A stretch of DNA of 64,000 nucleotides, from assembly GCA_016906335.1 (NCBI GenBank), contig JADEYG010000004.1, positions 744,001 to 808,000 on the forward strand, read 5' to 3'. The position numbers and the translations under genes are program-made. This DNA comes from Novakomyces olei. Its lineage: Eukaryota. Shown here piece by piece: positions 62,901 through 64,000 of the stretch. Numbering within the stretch: the first letter of the stretch is position 1; every line of letters starts with the position of its first letter. The notes below the pieces were generated by a model. It was not told where the DNA came from. It made no database searches and saw nothing but the letters and a program-made list of their open reading frames with translations.

Positions 62901-63784
62901 TAATATTTGCCAACTGGCGAGGCTTCTCTGGCGGACAGAGGGATATGTACAATGAGGTGCTGAAATACGGAGCCATGATTGTAGATGCTCTGGTGGCATA
63001 CAAGCAGCCCGTCTTTGTTTATATCCCACCCAATGGTGAGCTGCGTGGAGGCTCCTGGGTCGTGGTTGACCCGAGTATCAATGCTGCGCAAATGGAGATG
63101 TATGCGGATGAGGAATCACGTGCAGGTGTACTGGAGCCGGAGGGGATTGTGGGTATAAAATTCCGTAGAGATAAACTGCTCGAGACAATGAGCCGTTTGG
63201 ACGAGGCATATGCTGGCCTCAAGGCCGATCTGGAAGCAGCAGCAAGTGCAAATGAGTCGGCTCAAGTCCAGGAAATAAAGGACAAAATGCAGGAGAGAGA
63301 AAAGCTATTGCTCCCAGTGTACCAGCAAGTCAGCGTCCAGTTTGCCGACTTGCACGATAGGGCTGGTCGCATGTACGCTAAAGGCGTTATTCGCAAACCC
63401 CTGCGTTGGACAAACGCTCGGCGCTTTTTCTACTGGCGACTACGTCGAAGGATCAATGAGCACCAGACTCTGCAACGAATGAGCCAGGCAGCTCCGGCGG
63501 CTGACCATACAGAGCTGAGTGCTCATCTCTACAAGTGGTTCCTCTTGTCAGCCCAGGGCGATGCCAGTTGGGAGGAAGATGATCGAGCAATTGCACAGTG
63601 GCTGGAAACGGGACAGCGAGACATTTACGAAAAGATTGAGCAGTTGCGTGCTGACGCGACTGCCGATACAGTTTACGGATTGTCGAGAAAATCACTGAAT
63701 GGCGTTGTCAAGGGTCTCGCCCGGTACCTGGAACGATTGACGGCGGAAGAACGAGCTGATATTGTCGCCAAACTGAGCGCTTAG
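56920..63784 (+). CDS. ACC1: Acetyl-CoA carboxylase
   Basis: [14 protein letters not shown]...[23 protein letters not shown] (introns 56951-56995 and 57138-57240), biotin carboxylase domain, biotinylation motif EVMKM, carboxyltransferase domain, Snf1/AMPK-type site RIKSFSDL. Probable 5'UTR intron 56791-56844. Confidence 0.99.
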
Positions 63785-64000
63785 CCGACGCTAACAACGG
63801 GTTTTGAATAGTGTCGTTTGACGTACCTACTCCCAATGGGTGCCGGCACCTGTTCTATGGACCCCTCTCAGCCGCTGATCGAGGCATATTATATAGTACG
63901 ATAGTTGTTGCATTTAGGAGTTTGTTATCGCTAGTAAATACCGTTTACAAGAATCAGATTGGGCATACTCGGTCGCGTGCGGTTGTGTCGTGTCCCGTGG

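Noticed and set aside
57230-63695. Many antisense and alternate-frame ORFs overlapping ACC1 and other long genes
   Set aside because: Shadow ORFs expected in GC-balanced coding sequence, with no independent motifs.

Overview
Gene-dense, intron-containing fungal nuclear DNA with about 29 protein-coding genes and one snoRNA. I found no tRNA, rRNA, transposase or CRISPR array. A CSL-family transcription factor, a complex I subunit, Ppc89- and Pvg3-like genes and many 35-50 nt introns together suggest a Taphrinomycotina fungus other than Schizosaccharomyces (inference). Gene models were spliced by eye using GT/GC donors, CTRAY-like branch points and YAG/AAG acceptors; several small genes are missing from the ORF track. 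Main highlights: (1) a free-standing 84-aa cytochrome b5 ending in the PTS1 tripeptide SKL lies directly upstream of a cytochrome b5-acyl-CoA dehydrogenase fusion ending in ARL. They share an intron position and show purifying selection, and two CCTCGG (FarA/Ctf1-type) motifs lie between them, suggesting a peroxisomal electron-relay module for dehydrogenase-based beta-oxidation. (2) An unannotated snR45/U13-type acetylation-guide snoRNA. (3) Three CSL sites upstream of ACC1, with a CSL gene in the same window. (4) A start codon split by an intron, a GC-AG intron, a 17-nt microexon, and (AAT)n tracts next to start codons. Family assignments come from recognised motifs, not database searches.
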